Shown: positions 1-10,540, numbered from the stretch's first letter. The stretch: DNA of 64,000 nucleotides from Promethearchaeota archaeon (GCA_019058445.1 JAHPZA010000003.1:420919-484918), one strand, 5' to 3'. The notes: a model not told the origin generated them from the sequence alone. Translations and numbers: made by a program.

Positions 1-2
1 TA

Positions 3-458
3 GTTGTGGTAGAGAAGAATGTTCATAGACTCGAAATAGCAAAGAAATTTGAACCTGATATTGCAATGAGTAAGTTAACTTTACCAAAAATTAAAAGATC
101 AAATAAGCGAGGAGTCTCTGGTGTTGATTTTGTTTTTGAATGTTCAGGAGTTCCAATTTTAGTAAATGCAGCTCTAGACGTTGTTCGTAAAGGAGGAACT
201 ATTGTGCAAATAGGATTATGGGATAAACCCCTTGAAATAAATCTTTTAAAATATGTTATGAATCAAAATCATATTATGGGGGTGTACGCATATCTTCGAG
301 AAGATTTCGAGTTTGCCGTAGATTTAGTTGCAAGGAAACTAATTAATCCAGAACCAATAGTGACAAAAATTATCCCTCTCAGCGAAATTGTTCAAGAAGG
401 TTTTGAATGTGGAATTTCTCCAGAGACTAAAGATATTAAGATCTTAGTAGAACCTTAG
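3..458 (+). CDS. Zn-dependent alcohol dehydrogenase (MDR family, butanediol/sorbitol dehydrogenase-like), C-terminal part; 5' truncated by window edge
   Basis: GVDFVFECSG, VRKGGTIVQIG, PIVTKIIPL...IKILVEP are typical MDR C-terminal motifs; the frame is open to the window start. Confidence 0.85.
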   Translation, partial: VVVEKNVHRLEIAKKFEPDIAMSKLTLPKIKRSNKRGVSGVDFVFECSGVPILVNAALDVVRKGGTIVQIGLWDKPLEINLLKYVMNQNHIMGVYAYLREDFEFAVDLVARKLINPEPIVTKIIPLSEIVQEGFECGISPETKDIKILVEP

Positions 459-623
459 TTCTCTTAATTTTTTCTAAAATTATTTTTTTTTAAAAAATTG
501 ATTTTTTTTTAATTATATTTTATTATTAAAAATCCAAGAAATTAAGCATTTATATATTCTTAGATAGAAATATTAGTTGACAAAGATACTAAAATAGATA
601 AATTTAGTTATTAAGGGGTTTTT

Positions 624-1334
624 ATGTACCAAGCAATACCTTTCTCGAGAATTGTTCAAGTTTTCATAATATTTCTAGGAGGAGGGACATTCTTTCTTAT
701 TTTATCTTTTCTTGTTCTAAGAAAAAATAATCATCGTTTAAATTTTACGATATGCGGATTTTTTATCTTTATATTTTTAGGCGGATTATTTAATGCTATT
801 TATGCTCTCTTAACCACGCATGTTGATGAGAGCACTGTCGTCTCATTACATATTTTAACTTATATTTTCTTTTGTCTTGCTCAAATGTTTTTGCTATTGT
901 TTAATCTGATACTGTGGAAATCAGAGAAAATATTTACTTTAAAAAAACAATTAATTATCTTAGGTTCATATGTCGGTTTACTACTCATTTTGTTTTTTAT
1001 TCCAGAAGGGGTGATGATCAATGAGAATACATATTATCGACCACAATGGAGCCTCCAATTTTTTATTTATGCTAATATAATATGGATTGGATGTGCGATG
1101 ATCCCTACATTATATACCTCCTTGAAGATTCTTAAGATTTTTGAAGATCCAGAGATCAAGAAACGTTGGAAGATATATATGATAGGGACGATTATGATTT
1201 ACATAGAATTATTCGGAGTTGGAGTTATGATTTTAATAAACGATCCTTTCTTGAGGCAGATATGGAATGTTTATGATGTTTCTGTATTGATTGGTGCTTT
1301 TTTTATATATTATGGTGTAGTACGCCAATTATAA
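624..1334 (+). CDS. 7-TM integral membrane protein (HisKA_7TM-like, type common in Lokiarchaeia)
   Basis: 236 aa with about 7 hydrophobic segments and no cytoplasmic output domain. Confidence 0.65.
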   Translation: MYQAIPFSRIVQVFIIFLGGGTFFLILSFLVLRKNNHRLNFTICGFFIFIFLGGLFNAIYALLTTHVDESTVVSLHILTYIFFCLAQMFLLLFNLILWKSEKIFTLKKQLIILGSYVGLLLILFFIPEGVMINENTYYRPQWSLQFFIYANIIWIGCAMIPTLYTSLKILKIFEDPEIKKRWKIYMIGTIMIYIELFGVGVMILINDPFLRQIWNVYDVSVLIGAFFIYYGVVRQL

Positions 1335-1374
1335 AGTATCAGATTTTTCGAATTTTTTAACAAAAAAGCTTTCC

Positions 1375-2034
1375 TTATTGAATTCTTTCTTTTTTCTGAG
1401 CAAATATATATCTAAGTGTGTGCGTATGCAAGCCAATTTCACCATGTTGTTCTTGATCTTCTAATATTCCTGTTTCAACAATTAAATAATCCTTAAAATG
1501 CTCAATTAAGTCCTGTTCTGAAAAATAATGAGCGGGTCTTCCTGGCTTTGATTCAAATGTATTTTTCTCAATTTCTTTTCCTTTACCAAAGCTTTTTTCC
1601 TTTTCTGAAAAGACAGTAAAAAAAACAAATCCATTAGCTCTAAGTTGCTTATAACATATTTCAAGGATTTTAATTCGATCTTCTTTAAGAAATAAATGTA
1701 ATGTATTATAACAGTAAATTGCATCATAAAAATCATCGTTAAATGGCATTTCCAATATAGAACCCAAGATAAATTGGGTTTTACTGTCATAATTTTTAGC
1801 TATATTGTAGGCTATATCAGAGATCTCTATCCCGACCACTTTAAAATTTTGGTTTGAAAATAATTTTGAATTTCTGCCATATCCTGCTCCAGGTATTAAA
1901 ATATTTTTAATCTTTTGCTTTTTGAAGAGCTCTAGGGCATACTTTGCCGTATTACTTGGTGTATGTCCCCATATTTTTCCTTCTTGAGAAAATCGATTAT
2001 TCCAATAATTCCTTGAGGTTTGGTTCGTGCTAAT
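1375..2034 (-). CDS. Class I SAM-dependent methyltransferase; probable non-canonical start (ATT 2034 or ACG 2028)
   Basis: The ORF track starts at GTG 1839, but the frame stays open upstream and encodes YWNNRF..IWG..P and the SAM-binding motif I (NILIPGAGYGRN); no ATG/GTG/TTG occurs between the upstream in-frame TGA and 1839. Confidence 0.85.
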   Translation of the reverse strand: MSTNQTSRNYWNNRFSQEGKIWGHTPSNTAKYALELFKKQKIKNILIPGAGYGRNSKLFSNQNFKVVGIEISDIAYNIAKNYDSKTQFILGSILEMPFNDDFYDAIYCYNTLHLFLKEDRIKILEICYKQLRANGFVFFTVFSEKEKSFGKGKEIEKNTFESKPGRPAHYFSEQDLIEHFKDYLIVETGILEDQEQHGEIGLHTHTLRYIFAQKKERIQ

Positions 2035-2413
2035 CTCCTTTTTTCACAATCCCATAAAATGTGTCAAATTGATTAAAAATTTTTGGATCTGTTCCTTCAA
2101 TTTTCGCGAAAATATTAACGGGAGTTGCAGCTACAGGTTTATCACCCGAACTTGCTGGAGTAGGACCAAAGAATATACAAAACCCTCTTCCATCAATCCA
2201 ATACCCCACATCTCCGACTTCACATTCAGTTTGTGAGTCTTCAATATCTATTTTCACAGGGATATTCCCATATAACTCTTCACCCCATCTTGCTAGATTT
2301 AATTCAAGTGGAAGAGCATCCCAGATAGCTTGACATGTTTTGGGATTTTTATCAATGAGTAATTTCGCTTTAACTTGACCTATTTTTTCATTTTCAATAA
2401 TTATATATTCCAT
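2030..2413 (-). CDS. Cyclophilin-like fold protein (DUF369/TM1367-type)
   Basis: NPKTCQAIWDALP, RWGEELY, VGDVGYW, FCIFFGPTP motifs. Confidence 0.8.
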   Translation of the reverse strand: MEYIIIENEKIGQVKAKLLIDKNPKTCQAIWDALPLELNLARWGEELYGNIPVKIDIEDSQTECEVGDVGYWIDGRGFCIFFGPTPASSGDKPVAATPVNIFAKIEGTDPKIFNQFDTFYGIVKKGD

Positions 2414-2656
2414 ATTAATCCCTTTCCTATTTATTGGTAATTTTTTTATAGTGCATTTTAAATTTAAAGTTTAATGTTTAGAAATCATTAATTAAAATAG
2501 ATTTTCAAGTTTAGAAAGATTCTGCCTAAAAAATAACCAAGTGAAAGAGTTGGAATAGTCTATTATAAACGAAGGCTTATAATTTATCCATGATACTTCG
2601 AAGGTTTTATATAATCGTTTATCAAAATATTTAATATTATAATATAGGTGTGAAAT

Positions 2657-4225
2657 TTGTCAGATAATTTAGATAAAGATAAAAAAAGTTTAATTGTAAT
2701 TGGTGCTGGCATAACAGGATTGAGTACTGGTTTAACTTGGGCGATGTACCATGATGTTAAAAAAGAACCAGTTCTCATTATTGAGAAAGAACCTAAAACT
2801 GGAGGGTATGTTACTTCTTATGAACGCGAAGGATTCCTTTTTGATACTTGTCAAATGATTCCAAATATTACGGAATTATTAGAATTTTTTGACATTGATA
2901 TCGAGCTCAAGGAATATAAAGGCTATTATATGAGGATTTTCTTAGTCGATACTAAAGCAAATAAAGTAAAAACTATCGATTTACCTTCTGGATTCGAAAA
3001 TTTCAAGAATGGATTAATGGAAAAATATCCAAATAATGCGGCAGAAATCGAACACTTTTTAGATTACTCGAGAGCTTTGTATTTAGAGTTATTTAATCTG
3101 AAACTTGAACCTAGTATTGTCGAAATTATTAAAACGCTCTTCACTTGTCCAAAAATCGTGAAAAATTCATCTAAAACTTTCAAAGAATATTTCGCTCAGT
3201 TTAACATTACAGAACCGGATGTTATTGAAATATTTACCATATTTGCTGAATTTAGCGGATTACCAGCAGATAGAGTTTCAGCACCGGTACCAATATCAGC
3301 AATGAATTCTCTTCTCGATGGTGCCTTTCGACCAAAAGGAGGTTTTATTGAATTTCCTAAGAAATTTGAAGAGAAATATCTCAGTTTTGGTGGAGAACTC
3401 ATGCTCAATACCAAAGTAAGCAAAATACTGGTTGAAAACGGGGAGGTCAAAGGGGTTCGATTAGAGGATGGCTCTGAAATCTATTCGGATTTAGTTGTCA
3501 CTACAGTAGATCCTAATGTTGCTATGAAAGACATGGTTGGATTGGATATAATCCGTGATCTAAATAAGAAATATGCTAAAAAAGTTGAAAATATTAAGAT
3601 GTCAACATCTTCCATGAATGTAAGCATTGGTCTTGATGATGAAATTGATCTGGGTGCATTAGGATTAGATTGCGGCTATAGTGTGATCACCACAGGAGGA
3701 GATATTTATGATAGATTATTCGATGACATGGAACAAGGGAAAATTGGCTATACTGATGAAGAATTTCGACTTGGAGTGATATGTCCCTCATTAACCACGG
3801 GCGGTAAACCAAATATCGCCTTGAGGATTGTTCCGATGGGAATTGACGATTGGACAGAATTGAGAGAAAAGGACCCTCAGAAATACAAAGAAAAAAAGCA
3901 AAAATGGGCGGATTTCTTCATAGATAAAACTGAAAAATACCTCATTCCGGACCTGCGAAAACACATTAAAGTAATTGATATTTCAACTCCTGCTACTTAC
4001 GCGAGATATTCAGGGTCTCCCTCAGGAGCAATTTACGACATGGCGCCATATCCGGATAATTTTGGAAGAACCCGACTCAAAATGAGAACTCCTGTAAAGG
4101 GGCTATTTCAACCAAAATTCATTCATAGTGTCTTTGCCACCTTACTTGCAGGTATGCAAGTGAATGACATGTTCATGAATAGAGCAATTATGGATGGTAA
4201 TGCGAGATATAAGGCTAAAAATTAA
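2657..4225 (+). CDS. FAD-dependent oxidoreductase, phytoene desaturase/retinol saturase family
   Basis: VIGAGITGL FAD motif, EKEPKTGG, RPKGG, ISTPATYARY..GAIY, RTPVKGLF; TTG start after GGTGTGA. Confidence 0.8.
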   Translation: MSDNLDKDKKSLIVIGAGITGLSTGLTWAMYHDVKKEPVLIIEKEPKTGGYVTSYEREGFLFDTCQMIPNITELLEFFDIDIELKEYKGYYMRIFLVDTKANKVKTIDLPSGFENFKNGLMEKYPNNAAEIEHFLDYSRALYLELFNLKLEPSIVEIIKTLFTCPKIVKNSSKTFKEYFAQFNITEPDVIEIFTIFAEFSGLPADRVSAPVPISAMNSLLDGAFRPKGGFIEFPKKFEEKYLSFGGELMLNTKVSKILVENGEVKGVRLEDGSEIYSDLVVTTVDPNVAMKDMVGLDIIRDLNKKYAKKVENIKMSTSSMNVSIGLDDEIDLGALGLDCGYSVITTGGDIYDRLFDDMEQGKIGYTDEEFRLGVICPSLTTGGKPNIALRIVPMGIDDWTELREKDPQKYKEKKQKWADFFIDKTEKYLIPDLRKHIKVIDISTPATYARYSGSPSGAIYDMAPYPDNFGRTRLKMRTPVKGLFQPKFIHSVFATLLAGMQVNDMFMNRAIMDGNARYKAKN

Positions 4226-4369
4226 AAATCTCCATTGTCTAAACTAATCTATCGATAAACTTACTAGTTGAAAAAGCTTTTCAATTTTTTTTATAATTTC
4301 TTTTAAATTTTAATGGTTAGAAAACATATATTAAATTAGAGTATAAATTTTGAATTAGATTTCCATACT

Positions 4370-5479
4370 ATGACAAAAAAAAAGATTGGATTAATTATCA
4401 ATCCTATTGCAGGCATGGGCGGTTCGGTAGGATTAAAAGGAACTGATGGAGATGCCTATAAAAAGGCTTTAAAATTAGGGGCGAAACCTGTAACCCCAGA
4501 AAGAATTAGTATATTATTGAATAATTTGAAGAATAAAACAAAATTGTCATTTTATACTGCTCCGGGGAAGATGGGCGCTGATTTCTTAGAAGATAAAGGA
4601 ATAGAGTTTCAAATTATTGGAGAAATTGGGGATTTAACCTCAGCAAAAGATACTCAAAGAATCGCAAAACAAATGCGTGATAAAGATGTGCAGTTGCTTG
4701 TTTTCTGTGGAGGAGATGGCACTGCGAGAGACATCTATGACGCCATTGGATTGGAAATTCCTGTTGTGGCAATTCCATCAGGTGTAAAAATGTTCAGCTC
4801 TGTATTTGCTCTTAATCCCAGAGCCGCTGCGGAGATGATTGAAGCATTCATTAATGAAACAAGTACCCTTGAAAAAGAAGTCCTTGATATTAATGAGGAG
4901 GCGTTTAGAAAAGGGAAATTAGAATCAAAGTTATATGGATATCTAAAAGTTCCCGAAGTCCAAAAATTATTACAAGCGGGAAAACAAAGTTCAAAAATGG
5001 GTAAAACTGCGGAAGAAAACAAAAGGGATATTGCAAGATATATCATAGAAAACATGGAAACTAATGTTTTGTATTTACTGGGACCTGGAACTACAGTAAA
5101 AGCAATTTCGGATTTACTGAATATTTCTAAAGCGCTTCTTGGTATAGATGCTATTTATGATAAAACTCTTGTGGCAACTGATATTAATGAGAATGGAATT
5201 CTCGAATTAATAAATAAATATACAACTACTAAAATTATTGTGTCTCCAATTGGGGGTCAAGGGTTTATTTTTGGGAGAGGAAATAAACAATTTACTCCAA
5301 GGATTCTTAAAAAAATCGGGAAGGAAAATATTCAAGTAGTAGCAACAGCGGAAAAAATGAAAGGACTGATGTGTTTACGGGTTGATACTGGAGATGAAGA
5401 AGTTGATGAAATTTTAAAAGGGTTTATTAAAGTTATTGTTGAATATAATGAAGAGTTAGTAATTGAAATAGAGTGCTAA
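4370..5479 (+). CDS. ATP-NAD kinase family protein (AcoX-like)
   Basis: NPIAGMGG, GGDGTARD, IPSGVKMFS, GGQGFIFGRGNKQ motifs. Confidence 0.85.
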   Translation: MTKKKIGLIINPIAGMGGSVGLKGTDGDAYKKALKLGAKPVTPERISILLNNLKNKTKLSFYTAPGKMGADFLEDKGIEFQIIGEIGDLTSAKDTQRIAKQMRDKDVQLLVFCGGDGTARDIYDAIGLEIPVVAIPSGVKMFSSVFALNPRAAAEMIEAFINETSTLEKEVLDINEEAFRKGKLESKLYGYLKVPEVQKLLQAGKQSSKMGKTAEENKRDIARYIIENMETNVLYLLGPGTTVKAISDLLNISKALLGIDAIYDKTLVATDINENGILELINKYTTTKIIVSPIGGQGFIFGRGNKQFTPRILKKIGKENIQVVATAEKMKGLMCLRVDTGDEEVDEILKGFIKVIVEYNEELVIEIEC

Positions 5480-5558
5480 AAAGAAAGATTTTAATAGATA
5501 TCTAATAAAAGTAAAAAAAAGATATGAGATTTAACTTGAATTAAGTTTGGATTATGCT

Positions 5559-6593
5559 TTATTTTAGCAAAGCGCTATTTTTTCTTATTGTTGCTTCCGC
5601 ATTTTTTATTATGTTTTCGATTATATCGCTTACGTCTTTAATACTATCAATTATTCCTATAGATTGACCTAGAAGTACCGCACCGTTTTCAGTATCTCCT
5701 TCATATACCTTTTGATAAGCACCCAAGTCTTTCAACATATCATCCATGGTTATGTTTTTTTCATGTTCTACCATTTCCTCTTTAGAGCCAGGCGCAGGAT
5801 GTTCTAATGCATATTTATTTTTCCATAGTCTTATAGGACCAAATGCCCCCCAATACAATGCTGTATCTTGAGGAACACCAGGAGGAATTAATGCCTTATA
5901 TTTCTCATGAAATTCACTTTGTTTTGAGGCAATAAATCTAGATCCCATAGCTATTGCTCCTGCACCAAGTGAAAGAGCTGCTGCCAATCCTTCTCCAGTA
6001 GCAAATCCACCACACGCTATTTTAGGTAAGTCAGGGTATTTCTCATTAAGTTGCTGGAGTAGTACTAGTGTAGTTACTTTCTCAAAAGATTGATGACCGC
6101 CACCTTCAGTGCCAGTGCATACTATTCCATCTACTTTGGAAGCTACGCATTTGTCTGCTAACCATACAGCTGGGGCTACATGAAAATGCTTTATCTCCGA
6201 AACCTTCCTTAATTCTTGAAAGTATTTAGACTCAGGTAGGAATCTTGAGGATCCGGCAGATGTTAGGATATACCTGCATTGTTCTTTTATTTTCGGATCG
6301 CTCATAATTAGTTTAGGGACTTTTCTAACCATATCTTTGACTCCCCGATTGTTTCGAGAAGTAAGGATATTTAGACCAAAGGGTTTATCGGTGTGTTCGA
6401 CCATATATTTCATGCTTTCCAAATGCTCTTTCGTTGGGTCGGTATTCAGTAAGTTCACATTTGATAAAACCCCCAGACCGCCAGCTTCGCTAACTGCAAG
6501 AGCCAATTCACGTGTATAGAATGGGCCCATTGGAGCGCTAAAGATTGGATGTTTTATTCCAAACATCTTAGTTATATTAGTTTCAATTACCAT
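5559..6593 (-). CDS. Nitronate monooxygenase / FabK-like FMN oxidoreductase
   Basis: HPIFSAPMG, AVSEAGGLG, EGGGH, IACGG, GAIAMGSRF; paralogue of 51953-53002. Confidence 0.85.
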   Translation of the reverse strand: MVIETNITKMFGIKHPIFSAPMGPFYTRELALAVSEAGGLGVLSNVNLLNTDPTKEHLESMKYMVEHTDKPFGLNILTSRNNRGVKDMVRKVPKLIMSDPKIKEQCRYILTSAGSSRFLPESKYFQELRKVSEIKHFHVAPAVWLADKCVASKVDGIVCTGTEGGGHQSFEKVTTLVLLQQLNEKYPDLPKIACGGFATGEGLAAALSLGAGAIAMGSRFIASKQSEFHEKYKALIPPGVPQDTALYWGAFGPIRLWKNKYALEHPAPGSKEEMVEHEKNITMDDMLKDLGAYQKVYEGDTENGAVLLGQSIGIIDSIKDVSDIIENIIKNAEATIRKNSALLK

Positions 6594-6766
6594 TTTTACT
6601 CATTTTTTTTTTGATTAGTGATGCTAGTTAATATTTAATTAAAATTATGGCTAATTTTAATACTTTTTAAAATTATATTTAAAATTAGATTTACGGAAGT
6701 AATTTTAAGAACTATAATAAAATATCTCTCAAAATAATGGTTTTGACATATATAATAGAGGAGCAT

Positions 6767-8020
6767 TTAAAGCAATGATCTTATTGTTTCGAGATTCGCT
6801 TTAGCAATTTGATATTTCCCTTGCATAAATTCGTGAGCAGCATCTTGAAATAATTTATCAGTTTTATCTGGGAATTTATCCCTTAATTGTCGTTGTTTTG
6901 AAAAAATTTTTGCGAAAGTATCAATATATTTCTCCCAAATTTCTTGATAATTATGAGGTAATCTGGGAATTCTTTCTTTTGCTTCAGGGAATGGCATAAA
7001 CTTTTTATGAGGTTCTTTTTGATACCAGTATGCTACGCTTGAATAATCGTTCTCAAAATTATTAGCATGACCATGCTCAATCGTCCATTTAATTTTTTGT
7101 TTGAACCTTATCGGATCGTGGATATACCAACGATACATTCCATTATTACCCGAATAATTAAAATTCTCTATAAGATGAAATCCTGTATACGGTCCCGAAT
7201 ATTCATGCTTGGGACTTGCTCCCCCTCCAAAAATCTCTTCTGAACCCGTTCCATGAAATGAGGGTGGCCATTTATCATCATCTATAAAAATCATATCATC
7301 TCCTTCTCCATACCATCCGCCAGCTAAGTTATCAATATTTAGTAATAATCCAACTAATTGGCCATCACCCTTTGCATCCAAAATAACATAATTATCGTCT
7401 CCGGTTAAATTTTTACCCGCCCAAGAAGACACATTCTTTTTCTTTCTTTTTAAAATTTTTTCAGAAACAGTGGTTAGATTCTCTCGATTCCAATGAGCAT
7501 GAAAATAACCTATATCTTTCGGTAAATTATCATCAAGTTTATCATAATCAATATGATACCAAAAACCAGTCATATAGCCCCCTAGAGGTGAAGGACCTTG
7601 GTTTTCTATTTCAATTTTAGCATGTTTGGAAAATGGCATTGGAAAATAAATATTGAAGCCATAGCTTCCCCAAATACCTCTATTTATGGTTATCATCAAT
7701 GAGTTAATTAATCTTAACCTACAATTACTTACACCAAAAAAATCTCCCATCGGAACCTCCACGCTTGGACTCTTTTCGTAATCCCAGTACATCCTAATTA
7801 CTGCATTGCGAAATTCTAAAGGATTTGGAAGAATAGTCGTAAAATAGAGATGTTTTATAATACCTGGCCCTTCAATATCGGCTAAAATTACAGATTCTTT
7901 ACTTTTAATGTGAAGAAAATCAAGATTCCGTCCTGTTTTATCCCAACTAGAGATACGATGACTAGAGTTATTATTTAATTTGCAAATATTTGGAAATGCA
8001 TAAAACTGAATTCTAATCAC
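6767..8020 (-). CDS. DUF2961 / glycoside hydrolase family 172 protein
   Basis: SSWDKTGRN, GPGIIKH, PSVEVPMGDFFG, PMPF, WYGEGDDMIFID, HGTGSEE, IEHGHAN, SSVAYWYQ. Confidence 0.85.
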   Translation of the reverse strand: MIRIQFYAFPNICKLNNNSSHRISSWDKTGRNLDFLHIKSKESVILADIEGPGIIKHLYFTTILPNPLEFRNAVIRMYWDYEKSPSVEVPMGDFFGVSNCRLRLINSLMITINRGIWGSYGFNIYFPMPFSKHAKIEIENQGPSPLGGYMTGFWYHIDYDKLDDNLPKDIGYFHAHWNRENLTTVSEKILKRKKKNVSSWAGKNLTGDDNYVILDAKGDGQLVGLLLNIDNLAGGWYGEGDDMIFIDDDKWPPSFHGTGSEEIFGGGASPKHEYSGPYTGFHLIENFNYSGNNGMYRWYIHDPIRFKQKIKWTIEHGHANNFENDYSSVAYWYQKEPHKKFMPFPEAKERIPRLPHNYQEIWEKYIDTFAKIFSKQRQLRDKFPDKTDKLFQDAAHEFMQGKYQIAKANLETIRSLL

Positions 8021-8201
8021 TTAAAATTTTGTTAATATTAAAAAACTCTTTTGACATAAAAATTTTAGCTCATATTTATGAAAATTATCAAATAAGTGTC
8101 ATAACGTTTATAAATATTTTAGACAAATTATTATTAATAATTTATTTAACTAAAAGCTAAATAATATAGAAAAACCAACAATTTAAGGAGATATTTAAAA
8201 A

Positions 8202-9599
8202 ATGAGTGAGATCACTAAAAGCGATTCAGGATCCGTAATATTGCATTCTAAGAAGATCCACGCATCATATGGTGCGAGTGAAATTGTTACTCACCTTATC
8301 GACATGGCTTTAATAGGTATTATAATTTTCTTCTATGAGTCAGAAGTAGGACTAAATATATGGCTCATCACTTTAGGTTACACTATATATATGGTTTGGG
8401 ACGCATTTAACGATCCTCTTGTAGGATACCTTACTGATCGCCCCTTTAAATTCACAAAGAAATGGGGACGTAGGTTTCCGTGGATGATGATAGCATATAT
8501 CCCTTGGTTAATTTCTTTTCTGCTTATATTTACCCCTCCTAGCTCAAATAATCAATGGTTACTCTTTGGTTGGCTCGTTTTTACCTTATGTTTATATGAT
8601 TTTCTTGAATCTATATTTACAGTTAATTTCTTCGCTCTTTACCCTGATAAGTTCCGTGATAAGGATGAAAGGGTGTCTGTTTCTGCGTTTATCGTTTATT
8701 TAGGCTTTTTTGGCATTATAGGTGCGTTTATAATTCCAGGTTTGGTCATTAAGTTTGGAGATATAGGAAGTTATTTTATAATGGCACTGGTGATTGTGGT
8801 TATTTGCCTAGTTTGCTTAATTTTCATGATACCAGGACTTAGAGACGATCCGGAATCTGTAGAGAAGTATCTTGCTAAATTTGAAAAAACTGAAACAGAA
8901 TCTTTTTTCAAAGTATTAAAAGAAGCACTCAGGCAAAAATCTTTTCTAGTATTTCTAATAATGTATATATGTTACCAGTCGCTCACAGCACTCATGACGG
9001 CTTCCTTATTTTATTTTGTGAGATACGTATTAGAAGGGGAAGCCATTGTAACAGTTATTCTTATGCTTGCGATGCTGGGAGGTGGAGCTATTTCAGTACC
9101 ATTGTGGATGAGATATAATAAAAAAACGGGTGACACACGTAAAGTAATGCTTGTAGGAGGCATCGTGATGGTTTGCTTCGCATCGCTGATGTCAGCATTC
9201 ACCAATCTAACATTTGTTGTAATAATTACATTATTGTGGGGAATGGGCCTTGGTGGATATTGGGTAATGTATCGAGTAATTTTTGGTGAAGTTATTGATG
9301 AGTCTGTAGTAATTAATGAAAAACGACAAGAGGGTACCTATAATGGAGTAAGAATCTTCTTTTCCAGATCTGCGGGAGTTATCCAAGTGGTTACCATAGC
9401 GGTCGTTCACGTATTTACCGGATTTGATTCAAATGTTTCAACTCAAACAGATTTAGCATTAATAGGAATTAGACTTCATATGGGACTAATACCCGCAATG
9501 ATTATGCTGGTAGGCTTGCTCGTATTTTGGAAATACTATGACATTACTCCAAGTAAAGCAAAAGAACTGAAAGATAGAATAATAGTACTAGGTTTATGA
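8202..9599 (+). CDS. MFS transporter, glycoside-pentoside-hexuronide (GPH/MelB-like) family
   Basis: WDAFNDPLVGYLTDR, WGRRFPW, EVIDE...KRQEGTYNG; about 12 TM. Confidence 0.85.
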   Translation: MSEITKSDSGSVILHSKKIHASYGASEIVTHLIDMALIGIIIFFYESEVGLNIWLITLGYTIYMVWDAFNDPLVGYLTDRPFKFTKKWGRRFPWMMIAYIPWLISFLLIFTPPSSNNQWLLFGWLVFTLCLYDFLESIFTVNFFALYPDKFRDKDERVSVSAFIVYLGFFGIIGAFIIPGLVIKFGDIGSYFIMALVIVVICLVCLIFMIPGLRDDPESVEKYLAKFEKTETESFFKVLKEALRQKSFLVFLIMYICYQSLTALMTASLFYFVRYVLEGEAIVTVILMLAMLGGGAISVPLWMRYNKKTGDTRKVMLVGGIVMVCFASLMSAFTNLTFVVIITLLWGMGLGGYWVMYRVIFGEVIDESVVINEKRQEGTYNGVRIFFSRSAGVIQVVTIAVVHVFTGFDSNVSTQTDLALIGIRLHMGLIPAMIMLVGLLVFWKYYDITPSKAKELKDRIIVLGL

Positions 9600-9721
9600 A
9601 ATAATTAATTTTAACTTTTTATTTTTTTATGATTTTAATTTAATTTACTGTTTTAAACTATAAATTTTTTTAATAAGTACTGATTTAATTTCTGTGATTA
9701 TTTATAAAAGGATGTAAAAAG

Positions 9722-10540
9722 ATGGTTAATGAAATTAAAATCGTCGCCATAATTGGTGCGGGATTTCTGGGAAAGCAGATTGCATCTCAAACAGCTTTTT
9801 ATGATTATACTATTCGGCTTTATGATGTTCGTACTGAAACACTTGAAAAATTAGTAAAAAAAATCGCTCGTAAAAAGAAGAAAAAAGGAGCGCTCGGAGA
9901 AATTACTTACCATAATAATCTTAATGAAGCAGTTTCAGATGCGGATCTTATTATTGAGGCAGTACCTGAGATATTGGAGTTAAAGAAAAAGATATTTTCT
10001 CAGATTGATGAAAATGCGCCCCCTCATGCGATTATTGCTACAAATAGTTCTTCAATCCCTGTTTCAAGAATAGAAGATGCTGTCCAACGTAAGGATAAAG
10101 TATTAAACATGCATTTTTATCATCAAGCTATTCCAATGGTAGATTTAATGAAAGGGACTAGGACAAGCGAGGAAACCTTTGAAATTGGAAAAAGATGGAT
10201 TGAAAGCATAGAATTTACTCCTATAATTGTAAAAAAAGAGAGTTTTGGGTTCGTATTTAACAGATTATGGCATAGATTAAGATTAGAAGCCCTAAAAATG
10301 TGGGCTGAGGGAATTGTTGATATTGAAATGATGGATATTGCGTGGAAAATCTTTACTCATATGGATGTAGGACCTTTTGAACTAATGGATACAATAGGTC
10401 TTGATACTGTATATAACGTTCATATGTCATATTTCAAGGAAACAGGAGATCCTAAAGAAAAACCGCCTCAAGCACTTAAAGACATGATCGACAAGAATAT
10501 GCTTGGAATGAAGACGAAGAAAGGTTTTTATGAATATTAA
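9722..10540 (+). CDS. 3-hydroxyacyl-CoA dehydrogenase family protein (atypical HFYH..PMVD active site)
   Basis: IIGAGFLG, IIEAVPE, ATNSSS, GFVFNR, GPFELMDTIGLD, LGMKTKKGFYEY. Confidence 0.85.
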   Translation: MVNEIKIVAIIGAGFLGKQIASQTAFYDYTIRLYDVRTETLEKLVKKIARKKKKKGALGEITYHNNLNEAVSDADLIIEAVPEILELKKKIFSQIDENAPPHAIIATNSSSIPVSRIEDAVQRKDKVLNMHFYHQAIPMVDLMKGTRTSEETFEIGKRWIESIEFTPIIVKKESFGFVFNRLWHRLRLEALKMWAEGIVDIEMMDIAWKIFTHMDVGPFELMDTIGLDTVYNVHMSYFKETGDPKEKPPQALKDMIDKNMLGMKTKKGFYEY

